A stretch of 64,000 nt of DNA, from IMG/VR virus record IMGVR_UViG_3300028840_004314, positions 1 to 64,000 of that record; one strand, written 5' to 3'. Position numbers and translations under genes: made by a program. This document shows, piece after piece, positions 44,846 through 54,913 of this stretch (the first letter of the stretch is position 1; each line of letters starts with the position of its first letter). Source of the DNA: a virus. The notes under the pieces are model-generated. The model did no database searches. It worked only from the letters and a program-made list of their open reading frames with translations, and was not told the DNA's origin.

Positions 44846-45238
44846 ATGGCAAACAACAGATCGACAAGTGCATCAAACGGAACAAATGGAACGAAGGCCT
44901 CTCTACATAAGGGCTTGACCATAGCCCTGGCGATCTTTTCCATTGTGTCGATCGCCTACACGGCGGGAATCACCATCCGAAGTACTTCGGTAGAGGACCT
45001 TCTAAAGGAATCTCAGAAGCAGTCCAAGGATGATATTCATCTTCAAAATCAGGCCGAACAGGTGGACGAGGATCTCCAGGATCTGAAGGTGGATGGCTGT
45101 CTACCCGCCCAGCAAAATGAGAAGGATATCATAGCAATCCAGGGTAATCTGGAACATCTGAAGAATGGACAGACCAGTATTATCCGGAGTCTGGATGATT
45201 TGAAAAAGGAAGTCAACAGATCCAATTCTGAAAGATAG
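44846..45238 (+). CDS. Single-TM coiled-coil protein (possibly lysis related)
   Basis: Hydrophobic LTIALAIFSIVSIAYTAGI followed by a coiled coil. Confidence 0.55.
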   Translation: MANNRSTSASNGTNGTKASLHKGLTIALAIFSIVSIAYTAGITIRSTSVEDLLKESQKQSKDDIHLQNQAEQVDEDLQDLKVDGCLPAQQNEKDIIAIQGNLEHLKNGQTSIIRSLDDLKKEVNRSNSER

Positions 45239-45241
45239 ACC

Positions 45242-46336
45242 ATGGCCGTTGACCTATTAAAAGTATTCCCAGAGAAGTTTCATAGTTCGGAGTTGTTGCA
45301 GGCCTACTTCGATACCTACGAGTATTACCTGGACGACTTCATAACTAAGACTGGGTCTCTACTTCAATTACAGGATCCTAACGAGGTTAGTGCCACCTAT
45401 CTGCAAAGGTTGGCTAACCTGTTGAACTTCAAGCTCAGTAATCCGGATTCTGTTAGTGATGCCATTCGACGTAATGAGCTGATCGGGGCCGTGGACTGGT
45501 ACAAAATGAAAGGGACCTACGAGTCCCTGTTACTCATCGCCCTCTGGGTGAAATTCGATTTCACCATTTACGATAAGTACACCAACGACTATTCCACCTT
45601 TGTGGATCAGGAGTGGTTTGTTGGTGAGGAGGATGAAAACCCGACTGGGTTGGATTCCACGTATTACAAGAGTCCTCACTTTGGTTTGAGTGTGTCCTTG
45701 AACCAGGTGAGGGACGCCGGGACTTACGACGAAGGTTATTTGGATCGACATCTATGGCGTCCCTCCCTGTTTGTAGGTATCACTGACCATGTGGAGAAAA
45801 CCAGACCTGTAAACACGGTTCCATCTTACTTGATCGAACACAATTGCCTCACGGATGAGACGTTGGCAGCGGTGGAAATAGCCACTACGGAAACGGTTAC
45901 GAAGATTGTAGGTACATGGCCGGCCAGTAAATTGGTGTTTGATGGTGATGGTTTGTCCACCCCCAACCAACGATACTTTGACAATGGAGATCAGTTTGAT
46001 CAGGATCCATCCAGTTACATTGCCACTATTACTGGTTGGAAATTGAGCACAGGTGGTGGATCCGGTATGTTGGATCTTACACAGGATTCCTCTTCCTACT
46101 CCCTGGATAATGTTGTACTTACTGGTACCGTGGATGGTTATTCTGTATCCGACAGTGAAATACAGATTTGGTTTACCGTTCCTCAAGCCACCGTACAATA
46201 TGATATAAGCCAATTGGGTTTGTATGTTCAGATTCCTTCCGAGGAACTAATCATCGCTTCCACGTTTCCAGAGATCAACAAAGGAAGTAGTACAGCCCTG
46301 AAGGTTATCGTTACAATAGATAGATCCCAAACCTAG
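45242..46336 (+). CDS. Baseplate wedge protein (tail protein I / gp7-like)
   Basis: YL..LA.LL, WYK.KGT.ES, RPV. Confidence 0.75.
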   Translation: MAVDLLKVFPEKFHSSELLQAYFDTYEYYLDDFITKTGSLLQLQDPNEVSATYLQRLANLLNFKLSNPDSVSDAIRRNELIGAVDWYKMKGTYESLLLIALWVKFDFTIYDKYTNDYSTFVDQEWFVGEEDENPTGLDSTYYKSPHFGLSVSLNQVRDAGTYDEGYLDRHLWRPSLFVGITDHVEKTRPVNTVPSYLIEHNCLTDETLAAVEIATTETVTKIVGTWPASKLVFDGDGLSTPNQRYFDNGDQFDQDPSSYIATITGWKLSTGGGSGMLDLTQDSSSYSLDNVVLTGTVDGYSVSDSEIQIWFTVPQATVQYDISQLGLYVQIPSEELIIASTFPEINKGSSTALKVIVTIDRSQT

Positions 46337-46346
46337 GAGATTTACA

Positions 46347-47534
46347 ATGCCGGCGAATGAAGGTTCACAAACACTTAGCATTAAGTACTTGGATGATGTT
46401 GACAGTGCCAAGGTCAACGAGAGATTCCTTAACACAAGGGACACCGGCATCTACGAGGGTGGGTACATCACTATCACTGATGGAGCCACCGGAGCCATTT
46501 CCTTGTCACCTGTTGTATGTGAGATAGGTGACGGTTCCTATCAGGTCCGGGCCCAAACTACCACCGCTGTTACCAAGACATTGGTGGAGACCACCGGGGA
46601 GTACTTGGTACTTCGATGGACTTACACGGGGGCCAACACCGACTTCATGGAGATTCTGGTTTCCAATAACCCCCAGAGTACCGACTTGATTGTTGGGCAA
46701 GGTGTATGGACGGCTGGAACCCTTACCAGTATCACCTACGCTGACAGGAAAACTCCTGTTAACATGTGGAAGTACCTGCAGGTGGTTCCGACGTCTCCCG
46801 CCAGTTCCAGTGTCCGAGTACGTCCAGGAACTTACATGTCTGGAAGTGGTCCAGTGTCTATCACGGATCAATCTGTGAGTTTGGCCAGTTACTCCGCGGG
46901 GGAGGTTGTTTACATATACATAAACTCTGCGGGAGCCGTTGCCCATTCGACGTCTTCATCCTCCTATCTTGGGAATGTACTGTTGGCTTCCATTACTATT
47001 CCTGTGAGTGGGACTATCGCGGCCACAGATATCTCAGATGTTCGTAGCTTCCTCAGTCCTACATACAACTCTCAGGAAAGAACCGCTTACATAAAGATTA
47101 TTGACAAGAAATCCAATGGAACCGATGGACAATCCATGAGTGGTAACAGTTGGAACACCAGGGAATTGACGGATGAAATTTCCGACACACACAATTTGGC
47201 AACATTGTCTTCCAACCAGATCACACTATTGGCCGGTACTTATGAGTGTAGTATCGTGGCTCCGGTCACCGCCGCAGCCACACATGTATCCCAACTGTAT
47301 AATGTTACGGATGGAGACACAGAGGTTCTTGGACTGGGTACAGCGGGGGCTGCCAGTTCCAATGAAACACACGATAGCCCAATACGTGGACAGTTTACTA
47401 TCACCACTAGTAAAGTGTTTGATATTAGAACGTACGTGTCGGATAACAGTAAATCGGGTATATCACAGGAAGCCTTATCTGGTGTGGACAACATTTATAC
47501 TATAGCGGAGTTTTGGAGAATTGGTTACTCCTAA
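46347..47534 (+). CDS. Tail fibre/baseplate-attached protein
   Basis: GIYEGG N-terminus, I.D.RSF junction, C-terminal WNTREL...ITL.AGTY domain. Confidence 0.65.
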   Translation: MPANEGSQTLSIKYLDDVDSAKVNERFLNTRDTGIYEGGYITITDGATGAISLSPVVCEIGDGSYQVRAQTTTAVTKTLVETTGEYLVLRWTYTGANTDFMEILVSNNPQSTDLIVGQGVWTAGTLTSITYADRKTPVNMWKYLQVVPTSPASSSVRVRPGTYMSGSGPVSITDQSVSLASYSAGEVVYIYINSAGAVAHSTSSSSYLGNVLLASITIPVSGTIAATDISDVRSFLSPTYNSQERTAYIKIIDKKSNGTDGQSMSGNSWNTRELTDEISDTHNLATLSSNQITLLAGTYECSIVAPVTAAATHVSQLYNVTDGDTEVLGLGTAGAASSNETHDSPIRGQFTITTSKVFDIRTYVSDNSKSGISQEALSGVDNIYTIAEFWRIGYS

Positions 47535-47546
47535 GAAAGGTGATGG

Positions 47547-48293
47547 ATGGGATATGGGTTAACACGCAATAAGAAGAAGTTGATCGTCAGAAGAACTAAG
47601 GTACGTCCGGCCCTGGACGCCCACCATATTGAGGAGGTGTTGTCCAGTGGTTGTTGGTCAGGTGAGAGATGTTTTTTACTGGGTGGTGGTCCCTCGTTAG
47701 TTAACTTCGATTTCTCCAAATTGGATGGCGAACTTACTATTGGAGTTAACAAAACTTTCAACGATTACTACTGTACAGTTAATTACTCCATGGACATAGG
47801 ATTCTATGATTACATTACGAATCCTTCCCCACACCCACCTCACAAGGCTCTGTGTAAAAGGTGGGAGGAGTATCCTGGTATAAAAGCCATCCTAGTACCG
47901 GATAGGCCTTTTCGATTCAAAGACAACTCCTATGTTGTGCCGAAGGTAGCCAAGGAGTGTATCAATCTGGAGGTTATGGATGGGATCTTTCCAGGAAACA
48001 ATAGTGGATTTGGGGCCCTAATGTTGGCTTTACAGTTTGGAGCCAACCCAATTTACTTACTAGGCTATGATTTCAAAACGACAAAAACAAAAACGCACTA
48101 TCATGAAGGTTACGAACACTACCGTAAGCAGGACACGGACAGTTTACAGCCAGTTTTGGACAAGTTTCGTCGTCAATTCGAAAGGTTGGAGCCGACGTTC
48201 CGCTCATTAGATGTCTCAATCATCAACCTGAATCGTGAAAGTGCTCTAGAATGCTTCCCAAAAGGCCGGATAGAAAATCTGTTAAAAGGGTGA
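47547..48293 (+). CDS. Maf/DUF115-like putative glycosyltransferase
   Basis: LLGGGPSL, IGVN, NSG..AL.LA..GA..IYLLGYD, HYH. Confidence 0.75.
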   Translation: MGYGLTRNKKKLIVRRTKVRPALDAHHIEEVLSSGCWSGERCFLLGGGPSLVNFDFSKLDGELTIGVNKTFNDYYCTVNYSMDIGFYDYITNPSPHPPHKALCKRWEEYPGIKAILVPDRPFRFKDNSYVVPKVAKECINLEVMDGIFPGNNSGFGALMLALQFGANPIYLLGYDFKTTKTKTHYHEGYEHYRKQDTDSLQPVLDKFRRQFERLEPTFRSLDVSIINLNRESALECFPKGRIENLLKG

Positions 48294-49123
48294 AAGTTGT
48301 GGGGTATGGAAAATTACGTACGAGGAAGTCCACCCAATTCAACACTAAGCACGTATCACCTAAACCGGCCTTAAACATTTCTACGAAACAACGAAGTAGG
48401 GTTCCAAAAATCCCTACTGCCATACCCACAGCTACTCCATCCCCGAGCAAGAAACAACTATTCATTGTAGGTGGCGGATCCAGTCTGGCCAATTTCGAAT
48501 TTAGTCGCCTGATGGGGCGGGATGTGATGTGTGTCAATACAGCCATATTCAGTGTTCCCTTCGCCAAATACTTTGTAACGAAGGATTACACCTGGTTAGT
48601 GAAGAAGGGTGTAGTAAAAAGCAACACACAGTATGGTAATAGGGAAAGGTTTCTGAATCACAAAGCCATAAAGGTGTTCATGGCTTGTTTAGGAGAGACG
48701 TTGGTGTGTACTCCTGAGGGGTACATTGATACCAAATTCAGTTTGAGATACGACCTTACTATGTTTCATACCATTTTGGACTGTATGAAGAAGGGAGGAA
48801 TCGGTCTTACGAAGAAGGACGCCAGGTACGCGGGCGATAGTGGATACAGTGCACTACAATTGGCAGTCATATTGAAGTATGATCAGATCTTTCTACTTGG
48901 GTACGATATGACTACCACCAACAAAACACATTATCATCGAGGGTATGGAGATGGGGTGAAAGAATTTCAGACCCGACTTGATAGATATTTGGTACACTAC
49001 AGCAGGGCGATGGATGATATTAAGGAGAAGACAGAGATAGAGGTATTTAGCTGTTCCCCTATCAGTCGATTGAATGAATTTGTACCGTTCAGGGACATCC
49101 AGGAGGTTTTATGCGCTCGTTAA
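48290..49123 (+). CDS. Maf/DUF115-like putative glycosyltransferase
   Basis: IVGGGSSL, CVN, DSGYSALQLA...IFLLGYD, HYH; GTG start inferred. Confidence 0.75.
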   Translation: MKVVGYGKLRTRKSTQFNTKHVSPKPALNISTKQRSRVPKIPTAIPTATPSPSKKQLFIVGGGSSLANFEFSRLMGRDVMCVNTAIFSVPFAKYFVTKDYTWLVKKGVVKSNTQYGNRERFLNHKAIKVFMACLGETLVCTPEGYIDTKFSLRYDLTMFHTILDCMKKGGIGLTKKDARYAGDSGYSALQLAVILKYDQIFLLGYDMTTTNKTHYHRGYGDGVKEFQTRLDRYLVHYSRAMDDIKEKTEIEVFSCSPISRLNEFVPFRDIQEVLCAR

Positions 49124-49806
49124 CAATAGTGATAGCCACAAGACATCGACAGGAAAAGTTGGAGAAAACACTCAACTCCATTCCAATACATGATTGGATT
49201 GACTTGATCATAGTGTGTGATGGCGATGTAGAGACATACCAATGGTTGAACGGCAATAAGGATCGGTACAACCCAATGTATACTTTGCTACTTCCAAAGC
49301 ACGTGGGATCTGTGGCCGCCCGAAATAGGGTAACTCCTAGTATCCAGGATGGATTTCTGTGGGCCACGGATGACATCATCTTCAAGGAGGGATCTATCGA
49401 GAGCGCCTTTAAAACATTCAACAAGTATTTTCCGGATGATGATGGAGTAGTAGGGTTTGTACAAGAACCCGGTGACTTCCATCCTACTGGTGTAGGACTG
49501 ATGGGACTGAGATTTCTGATGAGATACCCAGGGATGAAGCCTTTTTATCCCGGGTTTTACCATTTCGCCTGTCAGGAGATCCTATACCTGGCAGATGGAC
49601 GGTTTGAACAGGATCCCAACGCTGTTGTGATACATAAACATCCTGATGCACACCCAGAGGAAAAGGACATCACACACGTGGAAGCCAGAAGGTATAAAGC
49701 CCAGGACATGGCGTTGATAGCGGATCGAAAAAACCAGAACTTAGTATGGGGCCGTGACGATGAGGATCCACCAAGCGGACATATCGAAGAGCCTCCGTCA
49801 GTTTGA
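49111..49806 (+). CDS. GT-A (family 2-like) glycosyltransferase
   Basis: IVIATRHR, IIVCDG, ARN, TDD. Confidence 0.75.
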   Translation: MRSLTIVIATRHRQEKLEKTLNSIPIHDWIDLIIVCDGDVETYQWLNGNKDRYNPMYTLLLPKHVGSVAARNRVTPSIQDGFLWATDDIIFKEGSIESAFKTFNKYFPDDDGVVGFVQEPGDFHPTGVGLMGLRFLMRYPGMKPFYPGFYHFACQEILYLADGRFEQDPNAVVIHKHPDAHPEEKDITHVEARRYKAQDMALIADRKNQNLVWGRDDEDPPSGHIEEPPSV

Positions 49807-50575
49807 ACCGGCCCTTCGCAAAAAGTTTCAACTGGAGAAGTACATTCGTATCACCCAGCCAGCCATTTTCTATGGGTGTCTGTCAGCTCACACTGCCAGG
49901 AAAATCATCAACCATAAAACAACGGCCGTGGTTTGCTGGCGTGGTACTGATGCCCAAAACTTGGCTAAGGCCCGACAAGGACTCCTGAAGGATCGTAAAC
50001 TGGCTGAAGTGTTAGTACGAATGGTGGATTGTGACCATATAAAACATGTAGCCATTTCGGAGTTCATCGAGAAGGATTTACAAATAGCAGGAGTCCCTTA
50101 CAAGAGTGTTCCTGTGACGACGTTGGATCCAAACAAATGTAGACCTCTTCCTCGTGGGGACTGCCTGTATAGTTATGGACATCGCAGGCGTCCCCATATT
50201 TACAACGCCGCTTTAGTAGAAGCCGTGTTCCAAGAATTTCCTTCGGAGTATTGTTTGTATGGGGAGTTAGGAAGTAAAAACACCAGAATGCATCAAGACA
50301 TGTTTAAGGTGTACATTCAGGTGGCGGTGGGTCTCCGTCTTACACAACATGATGGACTTCCAAATACTGTACTAGAATTAGGTTTGATGGGTAGACCTTG
50401 TATCTACAATGGAAAACTACCCAACGCCATTCCTTGGCGGAACAAGAAACATATCATACAGATCTGCCGACAACAACAGCAACGACGAGGAGAAATAGAT
50501 GCGGACATTGCGGAAGCTGTCCGAGAATACATAACTATCAAGGACGATTGGCTAAGGACGGAGTTTTACGAATGA
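49760..50575 (+). CDS. GT-B-like glycosyltransferase
   Basis: W.GTD, RLT.HDG.PNT.LE..LMGR. Confidence 0.65.
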   Translation: MRIHQADISKSLRQFEPALRKKFQLEKYIRITQPAIFYGCLSAHTARKIINHKTTAVVCWRGTDAQNLAKARQGLLKDRKLAEVLVRMVDCDHIKHVAISEFIEKDLQIAGVPYKSVPVTTLDPNKCRPLPRGDCLYSYGHRRRPHIYNAALVEAVFQEFPSEYCLYGELGSKNTRMHQDMFKVYIQVAVGLRLTQHDGLPNTVLELGLMGRPCIYNGKLPNAIPWRNKKHIIQICRQQQQRRGEIDADIAEAVREYITIKDDWLRTEFYE

Positions 50576-52056
50576 ATCCGAAAGTATCGGTAATAGTTAC
50601 ATTGTATAACTACAAGGAGTACATCCCTGAGTGTATAAACTCCTTTTTGATTCAGGACTTTCCCGACTCTGAGATGGTTATTGTGGATGATGGATCCACG
50701 GATGATCCGGTTCCAACCCTACTCCCCTATTTGAACAAGAGGGTTAGGTTGTTTCAAATACCACACAGTAACTATGCCTGTGCCAAGAATGTTGGTATTC
50801 AAAAAGCCAGGGCGGACATCCTAGTAATGTTGGACGCCGATGACATGTTAACACAGGATGGAATCTCCACCCGCTATACGAAGATCCAGGAAGGGTACGA
50901 CCTGGTCCACGGACCGTCCATCCGCTTGGAAAGGGGCGGGGCCCGTCGTATTGACCCCATGTGGGATAAATGGGTGGAGACGCGTAGTCCTAAGTGGATA
51001 CATGCCCAGGGTGTAATGCTTAGGAAATGGATCCACCGGGAGATAGGTTTGTATGACAGCTGGTTTTGGGCCAAGGCGGATCGGGAGATGTTTTACAGGA
51101 TCGCCCAGGCCAAATACAAGATTGGAAGTGTGGATCGTCCTGTGTCCTTTTACAGGATACACTCCCGCCAGATGCACAGAAGTAAAAAGAAACAACAAGA
51201 CAAGGACACCTTGAGTCGTAGGATGACAAAAGTGTTGGAGAGAAGGAGGAAAGGGAGTTTCAAAGGATTACAGATTTTGGAGACCGCAATGAAACCAGAA
51301 CCACTCAGTCAGATGTTTCAATATAAGGAAAGTGATATAGCTGTTGTCCTTGGTTCTGGTCAGTCGATCAACAGAATAAGTAAGGCAGAATGGAAGGCCA
51401 TTATACACAAGACAGATACATGGGCCATGAACAATTGGGTGTATCATCCTACCGTAGTTCCAAAGTTCTACCATGTGGAAGCCAAATGGTACAACTACAA
51501 TCTACTACGAGAAAGGTTGGAGGAGAAGAGATCCCAGTATCACAATACCAAGTTCCTGTTTGAAAAAGGTAAAGGTATTCGCCACCCACAACAGGGAAGT
51601 AAGTGGTTGCACATGGTCGCCGATGGTTTTCCCTACAAATTCGAGTACCCTATGAAGAAAAGGGATCCCAAGAGGACCCATCCAGTCTATTCGGCAGATT
51701 ACACAATGGATGGTGTGTACCTTACTAAAAGCTATGACATGTCCATGACATGTTTGTTAGAGTTGTTGTACAAGTTTGGGTACAAGTGGGTGGTGCTGTA
51801 CGGGGTGGATCTTACTAACAGTTACTACTTCTGGTCGGGACATGAAGCCAAGTATGGGCAGGTACATCACCAAACAAACAAGGCACACGAAGGGAAGGAT
51901 CCAAAGCTACCACACAACACAGCCCTTATTAGTGATTTCATTGTGGATTTCCATGAGAGGAGATTCAAACCCAGTAACAGGGAAATACTAGTAGGTCACA
52001 CAAAGACAGCCTTGTGGCCAAGATTGGATTGTTCAACTGTAAGGGAATTGCTATGA
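50572..52056 (+). CDS. GT2 glycosyltransferase fused to a Maf/DUF115-like domain
   Basis: N-terminal VDDGSTD, AKNVG, LDADD; C-terminal VLGSGQSI, AMN, VLYGVDL. Confidence 0.85.
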   Translation: MNPKVSVIVTLYNYKEYIPECINSFLIQDFPDSEMVIVDDGSTDDPVPTLLPYLNKRVRLFQIPHSNYACAKNVGIQKARADILVMLDADDMLTQDGISTRYTKIQEGYDLVHGPSIRLERGGARRIDPMWDKWVETRSPKWIHAQGVMLRKWIHREIGLYDSWFWAKADREMFYRIAQAKYKIGSVDRPVSFYRIHSRQMHRSKKKQQDKDTLSRRMTKVLERRRKGSFKGLQILETAMKPEPLSQMFQYKESDIAVVLGSGQSINRISKAEWKAIIHKTDTWAMNNWVYHPTVVPKFYHVEAKWYNYNLLRERLEEKRSQYHNTKFLFEKGKGIRHPQQGSKWLHMVADGFPYKFEYPMKKRDPKRTHPVYSADYTMDGVYLTKSYDMSMTCLLELLYKFGYKWVVLYGVDLTNSYYFWSGHEAKYGQVHHQTNKAHEGKDPKLPHNTALISDFIVDFHERRFKPSNREILVGHTKTALWPRLDCSTVRELL

Positions 52057-53021
52057 AAGTGTTCGTACCTGCCCTACAGAAGGCCCCTGGAGGAGGGAAA
52101 AGTGCCTTCTATCATCGTCTCGCCAAGGAGATGAGGAAACAGGGAGTGGATGTAATCGCCGATCCGGAGGAGATCTGTGACATCAGTCTTAACAATGTGA
52201 TAGCCTCTCATGGACCCAGTCGCAAGAAGGTGGTACGTATAGATGGAATATGGCATGATACTGCAAAGCCCTGGAAAGCCAGGAACGCGGCCATCTCCAA
52301 GAGCCTTCACGAATCCGATGGAGTAGTGTATCAGTCGGAATTCTCCGCGAAGATGGGGGATGTATTTCTTGGAAAATACAAGGGACCTCGGGCTGTAATA
52401 CACAATGGAATGGATAGCCGGGAGTTCGCCTCCGTAAAACCTGACAAGTCCATTCTTACTGGCCGTTTTAACTTTTTGGCTGTGTCCAAATGGAGGCCAC
52501 ACAAAAGACTACATGAGATTGTAGATTCCTTTTTGTTAGCTGGAATCAAGGACAGTCTATTGGTGATAGCCGGAGATTTATCCAGGGCGGGTCTAAGACC
52601 ACAGGCCATGCAAAACATCCGATCCCATCCACGTATAAAGTACGTCGGCGTTTTACCACAAGCCAGATTGGCGTCTCTTTGGAAGGGGGCCACGGCTTCC
52701 ATTCACCTCTGTTGGTCGGATTCCTGCCCTAACAGTGTAGTGGAAGCCATCGTACACGGAGTTCCTGTCATCTGTACAAACACGGGAGGTACTCCTGAAT
52801 TGGTAAGGCCTTCTGGAGGTAAGATCGTTTACTTGGATCATGATTATCCCATGGTGGCCTGTGACCTTTACCATCCTCCTCCCATAAACAAGAGGGCACT
52901 GGCGACCGCCATGCAGGAGGTTACTAAGGTTAGTCGTATCATATCCTGTGACCACGTGCATATCAAAAACATTGCAAAGCAATACATTTCCTTTCTGGAG
53001 GAAGTACTGTGCAAGAGTTAA
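52053..53021 (+). CDS. GT4-family glycosyltransferase
   Basis: VIHNG, HKR, DSCPNSVVEA..HGVPVI.T..GG.PE. Confidence 0.88.
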   Translation: MKVFVPALQKAPGGGKSAFYHRLAKEMRKQGVDVIADPEEICDISLNNVIASHGPSRKKVVRIDGIWHDTAKPWKARNAAISKSLHESDGVVYQSEFSAKMGDVFLGKYKGPRAVIHNGMDSREFASVKPDKSILTGRFNFLAVSKWRPHKRLHEIVDSFLLAGIKDSLLVIAGDLSRAGLRPQAMQNIRSHPRIKYVGVLPQARLASLWKGATASIHLCWSDSCPNSVVEAIVHGVPVICTNTGGTPELVRPSGGKIVYLDHDYPMVACDLYHPPPINKRALATAMQEVTKVSRIISCDHVHIKNIAKQYISFLEEVLCKS

Positions 53022-53785
53022 TCTCCATTGTATCTACCCTCTACAACTATGAGCGGTATCTTCGAGATCTAATCGACTCCTGTAAAGCCCAAACGTGGGA
53101 TAATTGGGAACTAATCATTGTGGATGATGGTTCTACCGATAACCCTCTTCCTACCATAACAGAGTGTGCAGATGGTTGGAAGGGTGGTACAATTAGATAC
53201 ATTCCCTTGTCGCGGAATTTTGGATACAGTTACGCCAAGAACATTGGTATAGATGAATCCAGGGGAGAATACATTGTCATGATCGATGCGGATGACATGT
53301 TGATTCCGGATTCACTTAAACACAGGTATGAAGTACTACAAAATACCGACAAGTTGTGGGTCCATGGAAACGTGTTACAGAGAACGGAGGATGGAAAATA
53401 CCACGTTAGTGATATGAATAAACGCACACTGCTCAGGAGAGAACTACTGAGGCAGGGAAAGGATTTGAATACATATTACCATCATCGATTGATACACGCC
53501 CAGGGTGTAATGGTACGAAGGGAATTTCATCGTCGCCTCGGTTTGTATGATGCCAGCCTCCGATTTTCTTCCGATAACGAAATGTTCCGTAGAGCCATTC
53601 GTTTCGGGATTCTTCCGGAGTACACAGGAAGGGTGGTGGCCGTTTACAGGTGTCATACTCACAGGATGAGTAAATCACCTGACAAGAAGAAACAAATCAA
53701 ACAAGTCAAGCAATACATTTTGGATGTAGTTGAAAAGCGTTTTAAGGAAGGTATCAACGAAACCAATACTTGGGTTTTACAATGA
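53009..53785 (+). CDS. GT2-family glycosyltransferase
   Basis: WELIIVDDGSTD, AKNIG, IDADD; paralog of the N-terminal half of 50572..52056. Confidence 0.88.
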   Translation: MQELISIVSTLYNYERYLRDLIDSCKAQTWDNWELIIVDDGSTDNPLPTITECADGWKGGTIRYIPLSRNFGYSYAKNIGIDESRGEYIVMIDADDMLIPDSLKHRYEVLQNTDKLWVHGNVLQRTEDGKYHVSDMNKRTLLRRELLRQGKDLNTYYHHRLIHAQGVMVRREFHRRLGLYDASLRFSSDNEMFRRAIRFGILPEYTGRVVAVYRCHTHRMSKSPDKKKQIKQVKQYILDVVEKRFKEGINETNTWVLQ

Positions 53786-54450
53786 ACCAGAGAATAGTTA
53801 CATTGATTCCTGCTCGCGGTGGAAGCCAGGGAGTCCGTCGAAAGAATGTTGCCATGGTGGCCGGTATGCCTTTGGTTGCTTACAATATCACGGCGTCTCT
53901 CCTTTCCAAATCAAAGGAAACTTGGGTATCAACTGACAGTACATACATCAAAGAGGTGGCCCTAAGATACGGGGCTAACGTCCTGGACCGTCCAAAATCC
54001 TTAGGAAAGGCGGATAGTACAACGGAGTCGGTTATTGATCACTTTCTGTCCGAAGTGGAATGTGACACCGTGATATTGATGCAACCCACTTCTCCATTCA
54101 CCCTTCCCGAAGATATTAATAGGGGAATACATATTTTCGTGAAAGGACGGTTTCAATCCGTGTTCAGCTGTGTTGAAACAAACGATATGTTGATTTGGAA
54201 ATTCCGAGGAAGGAAGTTTGGTCCAATCAACTATGACCCCCGCAACCGTGGTAACAGACAAACACGACAAGATACCATTTATTGGGAGAATGGGGCCTTT
54301 TACATTTTTACAAAGAAAATGTTTCTAAGGAAACAGTGTAGATTAGGTGGTAAAATTGGAAGAGTACCGATGCCATTTTGGAGATCCTTTCAAGTGGATG
54401 AACCGGAGGACCTCCAAGGTGTGCGTAAACTAATGGGAGGATGGGAGTAG
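53782..54450 (+). CDS. neuA: CMP-nonulosonate (acylneuraminate) cytidylyltransferase
   Basis: IPARGGSQG..RKN, VSTDS, QPTSP, ENGAFY. Confidence 0.92.
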   Translation: MNQRIVTLIPARGGSQGVRRKNVAMVAGMPLVAYNITASLLSKSKETWVSTDSTYIKEVALRYGANVLDRPKSLGKADSTTESVIDHFLSEVECDTVILMQPTSPFTLPEDINRGIHIFVKGRFQSVFSCVETNDMLIWKFRGRKFGPINYDPRNRGNRQTRQDTIYWENGAFYIFTKKMFLRKQCRLGGKIGRVPMPFWRSFQVDEPEDLQGVRKLMGGWE

Positions 54451-54452
54451 GG

Positions 54453-54704
54453 ATGGACCAGGGATACAATACTTGTATTTTATGTGGTGCCAATACATTC
54501 CAACATGATGAGATTTGTCTTCATTGTTGTCGACATGGATGTAGACACAATGAAATGAAAGATAGGAAAGCCTTGAGTCCTCATTTTATGTTTCCAGAGG
54601 ATACCCCGGAGGCTGAGATGGCGGATAGTGAGGTGGAGGATAGGTGGTACAACTCTCCTCCACCTGGAACCCATTTAGTAAATGGCCGACCAATACTAGA
54701 GTGA
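54453..54704 (+). CDS. Small Cys-rich hypothetical protein
   Basis: CILCG...CLHC. Confidence 0.45.
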   Translation: MDQGYNTCILCGANTFQHDEICLHCCRHGCRHNEMKDRKALSPHFMFPEDTPEAEMADSEVEDRWYNSPPPGTHLVNGRPILE

Positions 54705-54709
54705 TCAAA

Positions 54710-54913
54710 ATGAGTACTAACAATAAAATGTTGTACGTCAAGGGAAAGTTGTTCTACTGTGAATGTGGATGTAATGTATTTCACGAGTGTGTCAAAAGAG
54801 TTCCCGAGGATCCTAACGTAAAAAGATACCTCTGTAACAGTTGTGACGTCGGATATTATGGAGAAGTAGCTGATGAGTCCCCCGAAGGAGACAATCTTGG
54901 AAAAGTTGTATAA
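54710..54913 (+). CDS. Small Zn-ribbon protein
   Basis: FYCECGCNVF...Y.CNSC. Confidence 0.55.
   Translation: MSTNNKMLYVKGKLFYCECGCNVFHECVKRVPEDPNVKRYLCNSCDVGYYGEVADESPEGDNLGKVV

Noticed and set aside
32861-46336. T6SS, eCIS or tailocin locus
   Set aside because: Capsid, prohead protease and neck genes are in the same operon, so this is a complete phage
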